Made by a program: the position numbers and the translations under genes | Shown here: positions 22,829-33,375 of the stretch, one piece after another | Layout of the letters: each line of letters opens with the position of its first letter | How positions within the stretch are numbered: position 1 is the stretch's first letter | Assembly (NCBI GenBank): GCA_965249725.1 | Contig: CBDFMQ010000002.1 | Span: 2,560,001-2,624,000 of the forward strand | Reading direction: 5' to 3' | Source: Longimicrobiales bacterium | GTDB lineage: Bacteria > Gemmatimonadota > Gemmatimonadetes > Longimicrobiales > Gaopeijiaceae | DNA length: 64,000 bases | Notes under the pieces: model-generated | Told to the model about the DNA's origin: nothing | Database searches by the model: none | Seen by the model: the letters and a program-made list of their open reading frames with translations, nothing else

Positions 22829-24252
22829 GCGCCGTTACCTCTACCGGACGACGCGCCCTGAGGATGGCTCAGGCTGAACGTGTCCGTGCTGTCTCCGAAG
22901 CTCTCCATCTCGTCGTGCCCGATGCGGTGCATCAGATCCAGGAAGGCGTTCGCCATGGGCGTGCCGCGGGGGGTCCTCAGGTGGAGGCCACCCTCCAGGT
23001 TCCCGTTCGCCTTGCCCAGCACCAGGAGGGGGCAGCGCCGGTGGTTGTGGAGGTTCGGATCGGCCATGGGGGAGCCCCAGACGATCGCCGACTTGTCGAG
23101 CAGCGAAGCGTCCCCGTCCATGGTGTCGCGCATCTTGGCGAGGAAGTATCCGAGCTGGCTCGTACGGAACGCGTTGATCTTGTTGAAGTCGAGGATGTCC
23201 GCGGGAACGTTGCCGTGATGCGAGGCGCCATGAACGCCCTTCGTCGTGCCGCTTCCCGGATGGGTCCGGTTCGACTGATCGAAGCCCGTCTTGAACGTGA
23301 TCACACGGGTCAGATCGGACTGCAACGCGAGCACCTGAAGTTCGAACATCAGCTGCATGTGCTCTTCCCACGAGTCGGGAACGCCGGACGGCGCCTCGGG
23401 CATCTCCCGCTCTTCACCACTCGCATTGCGTGCTTCGACCAATTCGATCCGACGCTCGATCTCGCGGATGTGCGTGACGTACTCGTCCAACGCCAACCGA
23501 TCCACGGCCCCCAACTCGCGCCGCAAGCGAACCACCTCTGAAGCGATCCAGTCGATCATGCTGCGGTCGGTCCGGCGCCGGGCCGCACGGTCCTCCGGTG
23601 AATCCCCCGACCCGAAGAGCCGCTCGAAGACGACCCTCGGCTCCCGGATAGCGGGGAGCGGCTGGTTGGGCGAAGCCCAGGACAGCGAGGTCGTATAGGC
23701 ACAGTGGTAGTTGTAGGCGCAGCCGCCCCCACGATCGATGCCCTCGACGCAGAGCTCGAGCGACGGCAACGCCGTATCCCGGCCGAAGCGGCGGGCGTGC
23801 ATCTGGTCGAGCGAGGTCCCCAGGAAGAAGTCCGACCCCTGTGTCTGCTTCGGATGGGACTGGGTCAGGAAGACGCCGGTCGACCGGTCGTGGTCGCCAC
23901 CGATCTCTTCGGCGCTATACGCCTCGGCGCCCCGACAGTCCGTGTCGCTGACGATGGTCATGTAGTCACGGAATTCCTGCAGCGGGGCCAACTGGCTGTT
24001 CGCCGCGAACTCGAAGTCCCGACCGACCGTGGCGGGCGAGAACAGGTGCTGCGTGTCTCCCCACTCGTTCGAACCGGCGGAGCCCATGGACTCCTCGATG
24101 CAGATCAGGCGCGTGGCACCCGGAGCCCTGGTCCGGTCCAGCCATGGTCTCCCGGCAGGAACCATGGCGTCCAGGAACGGCAAGGCGATGGCCGCGCCCG
24201 AGGCCCGGAGGAACGTCCGGCGAGGAAGGTGCTTCCCTGTGATGAATTCCAT
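22825..24252 (-). CDS. DUF1552 family protein, Tat-exported
   Basis: LPRRTFLR Tat motif, LPFLDAM, TSLDQ, LPSLEL, PRVVFERLFG, HGASHH. Confidence 0.9.
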   Translation of the reverse strand: MEFITGKHLPRRTFLRASGAAIALPFLDAMVPAGRPWLDRTRAPGATRLICIEESMGSAGSNEWGDTQHLFSPATVGRDFEFAANSQLAPLQEFRDYMTIVSDTDCRGAEAYSAEEIGGDHDRSTGVFLTQSHPKQTQGSDFFLGTSLDQMHARRFGRDTALPSLELCVEGIDRGGGCAYNYHCAYTTSLSWASPNQPLPAIREPRVVFERLFGSGDSPEDRAARRRTDRSMIDWIASEVVRLRRELGAVDRLALDEYVTHIREIERRIELVEARNASGEEREMPEAPSGVPDSWEEHMQLMFELQVLALQSDLTRVITFKTGFDQSNRTHPGSGTTKGVHGASHHGNVPADILDFNKINAFRTSQLGYFLAKMRDTMDGDASLLDKSAIVWGSPMADPNLHNHRRCPLLVLGKANGNLEGGLHLRTPRGTPMANAFLDLMHRIGHDEMESFGDSTDTFSLSHPQGASSGRGNGA

Positions 24253-24256
24253 GGTC

Positions 24257-26743
24257 CTAGTTCCCTTGCTGGGGTTCGGCGTCTTCCACCGCCTGAGCTC
24301 TCGTCATCTGGAACTGATCGCTCCGCACGACCCCCATGATGAACGAGGACATCCTATAGTCGTTCGCTTCGGCCTCCCGCTCGATCGCCCGGACCGTCGG
24401 TTGGTCGTAGTACTCGAAACGTCTGCCCATCGCGTAGGAGAGCAGATTCGAAGTGAAGTTTCTCACCAAGGGGATCGGCCGCTTCATGAGTACCTCGGTG
24501 AGTTCACTCGGAGTGCTCACGTCGGTCCCGTCGTAGAAGGTGCCGCGCGTGTCGAGCGGCATGCCGTTCTCGCGGAACCGGTACCGGCCCGTCACGTCGT
24601 AGCTGTCGAGGGCCAATCCGATGGGGTCCATGAACCGATGACACGAGTTGCACGTGGGATTGGCGCGGTGCTTCTCCATCCGCTGGCGTGTCGTCAGAGG
24701 CTTGCCGTCCACCGCACCTTCGGTTTCCTCGAACGCCGGCACATTCGGCGGCGGCGGCGGTGGCGGAGTGCCCATGAGCACCTCCATCACCCACTTGCCA
24801 CGCAGCACCACCGAGGTCCGCGCCGACATGGAGGTCAGTAGCAGGACGCTTCCGTGACTCAGCACGCCGCTCCGGGTGTTCGGCGGATATTCGACGCGCC
24901 GGAACTCGTTGCCCGCCACTCCGGGGATGTCGTAGTGACGCGCCAACCGTTCGTTGATGAACGTGTAGTCGGCCGTGAAGAGTTCGAGCAGGCCCTGGTC
25001 CTCTCGCACGAGATGATCGAAGAACAACTGCGTCTCCCGCACCATGTCCGCGCCGAGCTGACCCGTGAAGTCGGGATAGAGGAACGGCTCGGGCCGGTTC
25101 TTCTCGGCATCCTGCAGCCGCAGCCACTGCGACGCGAAGCGCGTGGCCAACGCGAAGGAGCGCTCGTCCTCGAGCATGCGGGTGACCTGCTGCTCGAGCA
25201 CATCAGGCTCCGACAGGCGGCCCTCGGTTGCGACCTCGAGCAGCTCATCGTCCGGGCCCGTGGCCCACAGGAAGAACGACAGGCGCGACGCGAGCTCGAC
25301 CTCGCCCAACCGGTAGCTCTCGCCGGGTCGAACCCCGGCAGGCTCGCGCTCGAGCCGGAAGATGAACGACGGGCTGGCGAGAACGGCCTGAACGCCGGTC
25401 CGTACGCCGACCTCGAAGCCCTGCTCCGCCGCGGCGGACTCGTAGAAAGCCATGATGCCCGCGAGATCCTCTTCCGAAACCGGCCGCCTGTAAGCGTCCT
25501 CGGCGAGTCGCGAGAGGATCGACTCTGCGCAGGCACGGTCCTCTCCCGCGTCCGCGGAATCCGGGTAGCAGCTGAAGATCTTGCTGCGACTCGCCGTCTC
25601 GGAGACGCCGACGGCCACGGCTGGACCGGTGATCATCAACTCACTCAGGTGCGGCAGCGCGGTGATCCCGTAGTTGGCCCACGCCTGGGAGTCCTCTCCA
25701 CCGACGAAGGACCAGGCGAAGGGGCTGAGCCGATCCTCATAGGGACCGTCGATCTTCCGGACGAAGGCGACCGCGATCTGATGCTGCCCGGCCCGGACGA
25801 AGACGGGGTCGGTCCGGATGGGCAGTCTGGAGCCACCGCTATGCTCCAAGGCCAGAAGCGCCACGCCCTCCCCGTCCACGGAGAAATCCAGGTCCTCGAA
25901 CCCCCTGGCCTGGCCGAAGAGAGTCTCCACCTCGAAGACGTACTCGCCATCCGATGGGAAGTCGTGCGTCACGACCATGCCGCCACGGGTCCCGAACGGG
26001 GTGCCCTCGATGTGATCCCATGCGTGCTGCGAGACCTCGATCGGGTTCGTGTACTTGCTCGAGGCGGACGGCGCGGAGGGATTACCCATGGCGATCCGAC
26101 TGATCTCGGTGGCGGCCCTCAGGTAGGCCTCCATCAGCGTGACGGAGAGCCCCTGAGCGTCGGACATGTTGTCGAAGTTGCCTAGGTACGTGTCGGCGGG
26201 GAGCCAACGACCCGGGTCCACATGGAGGGCGAGCAGGTCGGCGACCTCCCTGGCGTACTCGGCCCGATTGAGCCGCTGGAATCTGCGAGCGCCGGGATTC
26301 GGAGCGGCTGCGGCAGCTTCGTCGATCAACGTCTCCAGGGTCTCGACCAACGCTGTGAGCGTGTCGCCACCCGGTCGGGGGGCTCCGGGAGCCGGCATCA
26401 TCCCTGCGCGGAGCTTGACGATCATCTTCTCCGCCGTCTCGGCACGCTCGGCCGCGCGCTCCACCTCGAAGTCCGACAGAGACAGGTTGCCCGTCAGCAC
26501 CACGTCGTTGTGACACACCACGCAGTACTGACGCACCACACCGGTCAGGTCGTCCGCAGGGATGCCGGCGATCCTCGGAGCCGTACCCGGCATCGACACT
26601 TCCGGACCGGAGAAGCCGGACAAATAGGTGTCGACGGCGCTGTCCAAGGTCATCGCCTGCTGGCTTTGGGTAGAGCCGAGCGCGGCGTCGGGGCCTAAAA
26701 GGGCGAGCACGGCGAAGACCAAGGTGGCACTGAGCCTCTTCAT
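24257..26743 (-). CDS. DUF1592/DUF1588/DUF1585-domain c-type cytochrome (Planctomycete-type)
   Basis: CVVCH and CNSCH heme motifs, RLNRAEY, LASRLSFFLW, LRGKWV, PPPPPP; start placed at MKRLSA. Confidence 0.9.
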   Translation of the reverse strand: MKRLSATLVFAVLALLGPDAALGSTQSQQAMTLDSAVDTYLSGFSGPEVSMPGTAPRIAGIPADDLTGVVRQYCVVCHNDVVLTGNLSLSDFEVERAAERAETAEKMIVKLRAGMMPAPGAPRPGGDTLTALVETLETLIDEAAAAAPNPGARRFQRLNRAEYAREVADLLALHVDPGRWLPADTYLGNFDNMSDAQGLSVTLMEAYLRAATEISRIAMGNPSAPSASSKYTNPIEVSQHAWDHIEGTPFGTRGGMVVTHDFPSDGEYVFEVETLFGQARGFEDLDFSVDGEGVALLALEHSGGSRLPIRTDPVFVRAGQHQIAVAFVRKIDGPYEDRLSPFAWSFVGGEDSQAWANYGITALPHLSELMITGPAVAVGVSETASRSKIFSCYPDSADAGEDRACAESILSRLAEDAYRRPVSEEDLAGIMAFYESAAAEQGFEVGVRTGVQAVLASPSFIFRLEREPAGVRPGESYRLGEVELASRLSFFLWATGPDDELLEVATEGRLSEPDVLEQQVTRMLEDERSFALATRFASQWLRLQDAEKNRPEPFLYPDFTGQLGADMVRETQLFFDHLVREDQGLLELFTADYTFINERLARHYDIPGVAGNEFRRVEYPPNTRSGVLSHGSVLLLTSMSARTSVVLRGKWVMEVLMGTPPPPPPPNVPAFEETEGAVDGKPLTTRQRMEKHRANPTCNSCHRFMDPIGLALDSYDVTGRYRFRENGMPLDTRGTFYDGTDVSTPSELTEVLMKRPIPLVRNFTSNLLSYAMGRRFEYYDQPTVRAIEREAEANDYRMSSFIMGVVRSDQFQMTRAQAVEDAEPQQGN

Positions 26744-26956
26744 AACCGTATGGCCCTCCGGCCACCTGCGTGTTCTAAGAAACAACTAAGGCCTCCCCGC
26801 CCAAGCCTAACGTGAGGGGCGGACCCAGACGGGTCAAGCAGAATCGTCCAGCACCCGATGATAAGCTGTCGGTTTCGCCTGAACGCCCGTTATACTCACC
26901 CCGAGTGCCTTTGGACCCTTCCAACCGGCTTCTTCGGGAGCGACTCAGGGGATGAC

Positions 26957-28099
26957 ATGGTGAGACTGAACCGCATGGGCGTAGGCCTGATCCTCGCCAC
27001 CGCGTCCGTGGTACTCCTCTCGTGCGACGGAGAGAACCAAGCGGCTTCCCGGTCGGGCTCCCAGGGCGCGGTCGTGAAGGGTGGGGACGACCGGTCCGGA
27101 GAATACGAGGCCGTCGAGGGCTGGTGGAAGCCGGCGCCGGACCACACGGAGCCATGGAGGTGGGGCCAGGTGTCAGGGGTAGCGGTGGACAATCCCGACC
27201 GGGTACTCGTGGGCATCTGGGGGGATCGTGATGCGCAGGGCCGGGAGAGGGAGGGCAGCACCAACTACGTCGTGGCCGTCGATCGGGACGGGAATATCAC
27301 GGAGAACTGGTCACAGTGGGACTCGATCTTCAACAAGCCGCACCAGCTCTACATCAGTCCTTACGATCCGGAGCGCCACGTTTGGATCGTGGAGCGCGGC
27401 GGTGGCAAGGGGGTCAACATGCAGATCCTCAAGTTCACCAACGACGGCAGCGAGCTGGTGATGCGCCTCGTCGATCCTGACCACCCGACGACCCGGGCCG
27501 AGGCACGGGCGAACCCAAACCCCGGGCCCTACACATACGGCGATCCGGCGGTGCTCGCCTTCTTCCCCAACGGCGACTTCCTGCTCGGCGACGGCTACTG
27601 GCACTCGCGCATCGTCAAGTACAACGCGGCTGGTGAATACCTAATGGAGTGGGGAGAGCTCGGGAGTGGCCCGGGGCAGTTCGACCTGGTCCACGGCGTC
27701 GCGATCGATCGCGATCACCGCGTCTACGTCGGAGACCGCACCAACAATCGCATCCAGGTCTTTGCGGAGGAGGGGGACTTCATCGAGGAGTGGCCCGGCA
27801 TCTCCGATCCCGTCGGTGTGTTCATCGACGAGAACGAAGCGGTCTGGGTGATCTCCGCGAAGCTGAACCGGCTGCTCAAGTACAACCGGGACGGCGAGCT
27901 CCAGTACTACTGGGGGGCATTCGGTGGCACGAGGGGCGGCTTCGTGGGTGGCCTGTCCCGCCCACACCAGTTGGACGTGGATCAGGACGGGAACGTCTAC
28001 GTAGCCAGCTGGGACGGCGGATGGATGGACAAGTTCGTACCGAGGCCAGGGGCCGATCCGAGCAAGCTGATCGGAAGGCCCCTCGTTCTCGAGCGTTAG
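26957..28099 (+). CDS. NHL-repeat beta-propeller lipoprotein (peptidylglycine alpha-amidating lyase-like)
   Basis: GSGPGQFDLVHGVAID, DRTNNRIQVF, DGYWHSRIVKY; LLSC lipobox. Confidence 0.85.
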   Translation: MVRLNRMGVGLILATASVVLLSCDGENQAASRSGSQGAVVKGGDDRSGEYEAVEGWWKPAPDHTEPWRWGQVSGVAVDNPDRVLVGIWGDRDAQGREREGSTNYVVAVDRDGNITENWSQWDSIFNKPHQLYISPYDPERHVWIVERGGGKGVNMQILKFTNDGSELVMRLVDPDHPTTRAEARANPNPGPYTYGDPAVLAFFPNGDFLLGDGYWHSRIVKYNAAGEYLMEWGELGSGPGQFDLVHGVAIDRDHRVYVGDRTNNRIQVFAEEGDFIEEWPGISDPVGVFIDENEAVWVISAKLNRLLKYNRDGELQYYWGAFGGTRGGFVGGLSRPHQLDVDQDGNVYVASWDGGWMDKFVPRPGADPSKLIGRPLVLER

Positions 28100-28102
28100 C
28101 CC

Positions 28103-30037
28103 CTAAATCAGCCAGTTCGCAATGAGGGCCCCGACGTAGGCCAGGGACAGCATGTAGGAGAACTGTAGGGCCGGCCACTTCCAGCCGGCCGTCTCCCTCC
28201 TCATCACAGCGACGGTCGAGGTACACTGCAGCGCGAACACGAAGAAGATGAGCAGGCCGACCGCGCTACCCAGATCGAGGTCCTGACGGAGGGCGTCTTG
28301 CAGCTCGATCTCCGTCTCGTCGACGTTCTCGATGGCGTAGATGGTTCCCAGGGTCCCGATGATCACCTCCCTCGCGGCCAAGGAGGAGATCAGGCCGACC
28401 CCGATCTTCCAGTCGAACCCGAGCGGCTCGATCGCTGGCTCGATGAACTGGCCCATGGTGCCGAGCACGCTCTGCTCGATCGGGGGTGGTCCTTCCGCGG
28501 TGGGCGGGAGCTGAGCGAAGACCCAGAGCAACACGGTCACGGCGAGGATGATACGGCCGGCGCGACGCAGGAATATCCGGCTCCGGTCGATAAGCCGCAT
28601 GCCCAACGATCGCAGAGTCGGAACCCGATAGGACGGCAGCTCCATCATGAACGACGCGCGCTCACCGCGAAGTAGCGTCCGCCGCAAGATCAACGTCGTC
28701 ATGATCGCAGCCAGAGCCCCTAGCGCGTACAGACCGAGTAGTACGGCGGCCCTCGTGCCGACAATTGGGCCCAAGAGTGGGCGATCAGGGATGAACGCAG
28801 CGATCAGAAGAGCGTAGACCGGAAGCCGCGCCGAGCACGTCATGAACGGGGCCACGAAGATGGTGGCGAGCCGATCACGTTCGTCTTCGACCGTTCGCGC
28901 CGACAGGATGGCGGGGACCGCGCAGGCATAGGCCGACAGGAGCGGCAGGAAGGCGCGTCCCTGAAGACCCACCCGATACATCATCCGGTCCGCGATGACG
29001 GCGGCCCGAGCCATATAGCCCGAATCCTCGAGTACACCCAGGAACAGGAAGAGGATGAGGATCTGGGGCAGGAAGACCAGGACCGATCCGACCCCTGCCC
29101 AGACGCCGTCGATCAAGAGTGAACGGAACCACGACTCCGGAAGAAACGCCGCAATCCACTCACCGGACGTCGCGATCAGATACTCCACGCCGTCCATGGC
29201 CGGCACCGCCCAGGTGAAGATCGCCTGAAAGACCAGGACGATCACGGCCAAGAAGACCAGAGGACCCCCGACACGGTGCAGGAACAACTCGTCCAGTCGA
29301 TAGTCGATCTTCGACCGGTGAGGCATCCGGTAGCCGGCCTTGTCCACGACGCCCCGAAGCCTGCGCCGCCGTGCCTCGAACACATCGATCATCGGGAGCT
29401 CGTTGCCGGCGGGGAGGTTGGCAATCGCGTTGGGGGCCTTATCTGCGGGCGCTCCCTCTGCTAGCACCTCCTCGAGAAACTCTCGAGCCTGCGCCACCCC
29501 CTCGCCACTCCTGGCGTTGGCCTTGATGACCGAGACGCCCAACTCTTCGGCCACGACCGCCTCATCGATCGCTCCCCCCCGGCTATCGAGCTCGTCCGTC
29601 ATGTTGAGAACGAGCAGGGTCGGGAGTCCCATCGACAGCACGGGCTCAACCATCATCAGTTGAGACTCCAGCCGGGTGGAGTCGACGACGAGAATGAGAG
29701 CCACCGGCTCGCGAAGTCCCTCGAGCCGTCCCTCTAATGCGTCACGGGTAATCCTCTCGTCGGCGCTGCGAGCCGAGAAGCCGCTGACACCGGGGAGGTC
29801 GAGAAGGTCGACCGTCCGGTCGTCGCCGAGTCGTACTTCGCCCAGGTGCTTCTCCACCGTGACACCCGGGTAGTTCGCGACCTTTTGACGGAGACCGGTG
29901 AGCTGGTTGAAGAGCGTGGATTTGCCCGAGTTGGGCGGACCCACCATTGCTACGAGAGGTGCGTCGACGTGGTCGGGCGGAGGGAGTACCGCATGACCCG
30001 AGTGGGCCTCGGCGGTATTGGAGCTACGGGGAGACAC
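28103..30037 (-). CDS. feoB: Ferrous iron transporter B
   Basis: GPPNSGKS, NYPGVT, DLPG, NMTD GTPase motifs; LEDSGYMAR, MTCSARLP, AAREV gate motifs. Confidence 0.96.
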   Translation of the reverse strand: MSPRSSNTAEAHSGHAVLPPPDHVDAPLVAMVGPPNSGKSTLFNQLTGLRQKVANYPGVTVEKHLGEVRLGDDRTVDLLDLPGVSGFSARSADERITRDALEGRLEGLREPVALILVVDSTRLESQLMMVEPVLSMGLPTLLVLNMTDELDSRGGAIDEAVVAEELGVSVIKANARSGEGVAQAREFLEEVLAEGAPADKAPNAIANLPAGNELPMIDVFEARRRRLRGVVDKAGYRMPHRSKIDYRLDELFLHRVGGPLVFLAVIVLVFQAIFTWAVPAMDGVEYLIATSGEWIAAFLPESWFRSLLIDGVWAGVGSVLVFLPQILILFLFLGVLEDSGYMARAAVIADRMMYRVGLQGRAFLPLLSAYACAVPAILSARTVEDERDRLATIFVAPFMTCSARLPVYALLIAAFIPDRPLLGPIVGTRAAVLLGLYALGALAAIMTTLILRRTLLRGERASFMMELPSYRVPTLRSLGMRLIDRSRIFLRRAGRIILAVTVLLWVFAQLPPTAEGPPPIEQSVLGTMGQFIEPAIEPLGFDWKIGVGLISSLAAREVIIGTLGTIYAIENVDETEIELQDALRQDLDLGSAVGLLIFFVFALQCTSTVAVMRRETAGWKWPALQFSYMLSLAYVGALIANWLI

Positions 30038-30096
30038 GGAAGCGTACTACGGCGTGTTCGGCTTCGATCCCTGACACTGAATGGGAGCCACGGCGG

Positions 30097-30369
30097 TTAG
30101 CCGTCCTGCTCGCAAAGCTGCACGCAGAGACGGGCGGCAATCTCCTGCCTCACCGCGAGCACGGAACCCTCGATCTCGATGATCGGATCGCCCGACGGGC
30201 TGCGACGAATCGGACAGAGATCGCAGCCGGGAAGAATGCCCCTCTCGAGGAGAGGTTCGAGCTTCGCTTGAGGCATGTCGAACCGGACCAGCGAAACGCG
30301 CTCGCCCAACGCCACGTCGGCGAGGCGCAGGTCGGGTCCGTCCAGTCGGGGTTCGGGCATATTCTGCAT
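30097..30369 (-). CDS. feoA: Ferrous iron transport protein A
   Basis: LLERGILPG...RRSPSGDPI...LAVR motif upstream of feoB; start at 30369 or 30360. Confidence 0.88.
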   Translation of the reverse strand: MQNMPEPRLDGPDLRLADVALGERVSLVRFDMPQAKLEPLLERGILPGCDLCPIRRSPSGDPIIEIEGSVLAVRQEIAARLCVQLCEQDG

Positions 30370-30375
30370 GTTGTT

Positions 30376-30394
30376 GAGACTGATTCTCATTCTC
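30376..30394 (-). promoter_or_regulatory. Fur-box-like operator of feoAB
   Basis: GAGAATGAGAATCAGTCTC matches the 19-bp Fur consensus GATAATGATAATCATTATC at 15/19 positions, just upstream of feoA. Confidence 0.75.
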
Positions 30395-30457
30395 TGAATA
30401 CTACCAAAGTTAGGCCCTATCGGCCTGATGTCAACATCAAAGCTGGGGATCAAACGG

Positions 30458-31879
30458 CTAGGACAACTCGGCGACGGAGTCACGAATGTCAGCGAGGCAC
30501 TGCTCCATCCGATCCCGGTGGGTGCGGAACGAGAGCACGCAGATACGAAGCGCAAAGCGGCCGTGCAGCACCGTGCCGGTGAGGTAGACGTTCTGTCGGG
30601 CATTGACCCGGTCGAGCAGCTCACGGTTCAGGGCGTTTAGGTCGTCGTCCGAACGGCCCTCCGGAGCCAGCCGGAACGCGGTAAGCGAGAGCCGCGGCTC
30701 CGCGAGGATCTCCATGTCGGGGATCTCCCGGAGTCGATCGGCCGCCCAGCGGGCGAGGTCGAGTTTCTCGTCCAGATTGACACGAAAAGCGTCGATCCCG
30801 AAGAGCTTGATGGGGAGCCATGCGCGCAGCCCTCTGAAGTCCCGGGTCAACTCCGGAGACACGTCGCAGTAGTCAACGAAGTCGGCGTCGTGCTGCATGT
30901 CCGGCATGTAGTCGGCGAAGGTCGTGTGCGCCCGCCTCAACGACTCGCCATCGCGCACTAGCAGCGACCCGGTGCCATAAGGAAGGAAGAGCCCCTTGTG
31001 CGGGTCGAGCGCGATGGAGTCCGCACGATCGAGGCCACGCAGCGCCTCGCGTCCGCGCGCCGTGAGCATGAAGAAGCCGCCGTACGCGGCATCGACGTGC
31101 AGCCAAAGCCCCTCTGCCTGCGCCAGGTCGGCCAAGCCCTCGAGATCGTCCACGGCGCCCGTATTGGTGGTCCCTCCGCTCGCCACTACCAGGAACGGCT
31201 CCAAGCCGTCGGCGCGGTCCTCGGCGATCCGTTCCCGCAGGGCGTCGAGCGGCAACTCACAGTCCTCGTGGGTCGGAATCTCACGAACGCTCCTCTCCGG
31301 GAAGCCCGCGAGGAGCGCCGCTTTGCGCACAGAGTGGTGCGTTTGATCCGAGGTATAGATCGATCCTGCCTGAAAGTCCTCCGGGAGTCGCTCCCTCCGC
31401 GCGGCCACCGCGGCCGTGAAGTTCGCCATCGAACCACCGCTCGTGAGGATGCCTCCCGAGCCCGAGGGATAGTCAACGATGTCACAGAACCACCGGACCA
31501 CGTTGGTTTCGAGCTGCACCAAGGCCGGCGCCGCGACCCACACGCCCACGTATCGGTTCACGACGTTCGCGATGAGGTCGGCGATTGCGGATGGAAACAC
31601 GCCGCCACCCGGGATGTACGCCAGATACCCGGGCCCCGCGGTGTTGAACGAGGCCGGCACCGCCTCTTCGAACACGAGGTCGAGCAAGGTCTCGAGCGAT
31701 GCGCCCTTTGCGGGGAGCGGCTCGGCCAGTGCGCTCGCCACGGTCCGGCCATCGTGGGTATACGAAGCCGGCTGGTCAGGCAGCGACGCGATGTGTTCGA
31801 TCACGCGCTCGGCGGCCTGATCGATCATCACCCGCATTTCTTCGGCCGACGGCTCGAGGGGGTACGGCTCGGTCCCCAT
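30458..31879 (-). CDS. Group II PLP-dependent decarboxylase (aromatic L-amino acid decarboxylase-like)
   Basis: TSGGSMAN, HHSVRKA, GTTNTGAVD, HVDAAYGG, DPHK PLP lysine. Confidence 0.92.
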   Translation of the reverse strand: MGTEPYPLEPSAEEMRVMIDQAAERVIEHIASLPDQPASYTHDGRTVASALAEPLPAKGASLETLLDLVFEEAVPASFNTAGPGYLAYIPGGGVFPSAIADLIANVVNRYVGVWVAAPALVQLETNVVRWFCDIVDYPSGSGGILTSGGSMANFTAAVAARRERLPEDFQAGSIYTSDQTHHSVRKAALLAGFPERSVREIPTHEDCELPLDALRERIAEDRADGLEPFLVVASGGTTNTGAVDDLEGLADLAQAEGLWLHVDAAYGGFFMLTARGREALRGLDRADSIALDPHKGLFLPYGTGSLLVRDGESLRRAHTTFADYMPDMQHDADFVDYCDVSPELTRDFRGLRAWLPIKLFGIDAFRVNLDEKLDLARWAADRLREIPDMEILAEPRLSLTAFRLAPEGRSDDDLNALNRELLDRVNARQNVYLTGTVLHGRFALRICVLSFRTHRDRMEQCLADIRDSVAELS

Positions 31880-32116
31880 TCACACTCTCCCTTGGGATCT
31901 CTGGATGACGCGTGTGTTTGAGATAGCATCGGAGCGCGGCTCCCGCATCAGGCGGCCGCGACGGCCCGCTCGGTCACCCATCATGGCGTTGGCCGGTCGC
32001 AAGGGCGTTCAGGACCCTCGCAGCCCGATCCCGGTAGAAGCTCGATGCCTGATCGGGCATGTGGGTCCCTCGCTGGCCCAGATCCCGTTGGTCGTCCTGA
32101 GCCCGTGAGGTGTCGA

Positions 32117-33292
32117 ATGAGATTTCACTCCCCCCGACTGATCTCTCTGGTACTCCTCCTCTCGTCGATCCCCTTCCCCGGCGAGAGCCAGTCCCAGGGC
32201 CCGCTCTTCAGCGAGGACTTCGAGGACGGCCTAGGTGCGTGGTTCTTCCCGAACGGTTCCGGTGAGCAGTTGATCGACTCCGGTGACCCCGGTCACGGCA
32301 CAGTACTCAGCCTGAAGACCCGGGATCGAGTTGCGCTCGCCCTCATTCGCGGAAGTGACCGTTGGGAGTCGGTTCGACTGGAGGGCGAGGTCTTCTTCCC
32401 TGAGGACGTACACAACTACCTGGGCTTCGTCTACCGCTACAGCGAGATGAACGGACGGAAGGACTTCGGCAGCCTCTACATCAAGGGCAACGGCAGCTAC
32501 ATCAGGGTGAACCCCCACCAGGATCTCAACGTCGGACGGACGTTGTTTGAGGAGTTCCGAACGCCACTGACCGGAGAGGCGGCCATCGAGATCGGGGGCT
32601 GGCAGCGATTCGCGCTCGAAGTGGTGGGTGGCGAGGCACAACTTTACGTCGGGGACATGCGAACGCCTCAGATCACGTTCCCCTACTGGGAGACGGATCG
32701 AGGAGCGTTCGGCTTCAAACCGCGCAATCCGGGAGGCGCGGTCTGGGTAGATGCGTTGCGAGTGAACGCGATCGACGGGTTCACTTATCAAGGACCACCG
32801 ATACCCGATCACGACTACGACACCTCGGGCCTCGTAGTCCGCTGGGACGTGCTCGGTCCGCTGACCAAGTTCCACCCAGAAGTGGAGATGCTGCGCTTCG
32901 ATGCCGGTCTCACCCTCCAAGACGGAGATCGCACGGTCCGCTGGCGCCCCTTCGAGACCGATCCGCGGGGCGCCGTGTTGACCGGCACGATCACGGATCA
33001 CGAAGGACCGCGGCGGGTGGCCTACTTCCACGCAGTCGTGACGTCGGACCGTGAGCGGGACGTGCCGCTAGGCCTGAGCAACGTGGACGACCTGACGATG
33101 TGGCTCAACAACCAGACCCTGGGTTTCGTAGCTCGCCAACGGATGGCGTGGTGGGACTTTCGGACCAACGAGGACCATCGGATCGGCTCGGAGACCGTCC
33201 ACTTGGTAGAGGGGGAGAACCACGTGTTGATCCGCGTCGTCGGGGGCACCTACGCGACCGGGGGGTTCTTCCTGAGTCTCGCAGGGAATTGA
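32117..33292 (+). CDS. Exported protein with DUF1080-like beta-sandwich domain
   Basis: Signal peptide, LFSEDFEDG, WQRFALEVVG, C-terminal PA14/galactose-binding-like segment. Confidence 0.55.
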   Translation: MRFHSPRLISLVLLLSSIPFPGESQSQGPLFSEDFEDGLGAWFFPNGSGEQLIDSGDPGHGTVLSLKTRDRVALALIRGSDRWESVRLEGEVFFPEDVHNYLGFVYRYSEMNGRKDFGSLYIKGNGSYIRVNPHQDLNVGRTLFEEFRTPLTGEAAIEIGGWQRFALEVVGGEAQLYVGDMRTPQITFPYWETDRGAFGFKPRNPGGAVWVDALRVNAIDGFTYQGPPIPDHDYDTSGLVVRWDVLGPLTKFHPEVEMLRFDAGLTLQDGDRTVRWRPFETDPRGAVLTGTITDHEGPRRVAYFHAVVTSDRERDVPLGLSNVDDLTMWLNNQTLGFVARQRMAWWDFRTNEDHRIGSETVHLVEGENHVLIRVVGGTYATGGFFLSLAGN

Positions 33293-33375
33293 GGGATCGG
33301 GTCGTTCTGACGGCCGGTCTGGGCACAGCCCGGGCCACGCTCTTTCGTTCACAGCCGTCGGGCGTCCGACTGCTT

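Noticed and set aside
30370..30624. Long N-terminus of the 175 aa feoA ORF
   Set aside because: It overlaps the decarboxylase 3' end and the Fur-like box; FeoA similarity is confined to the last ~90 aa.
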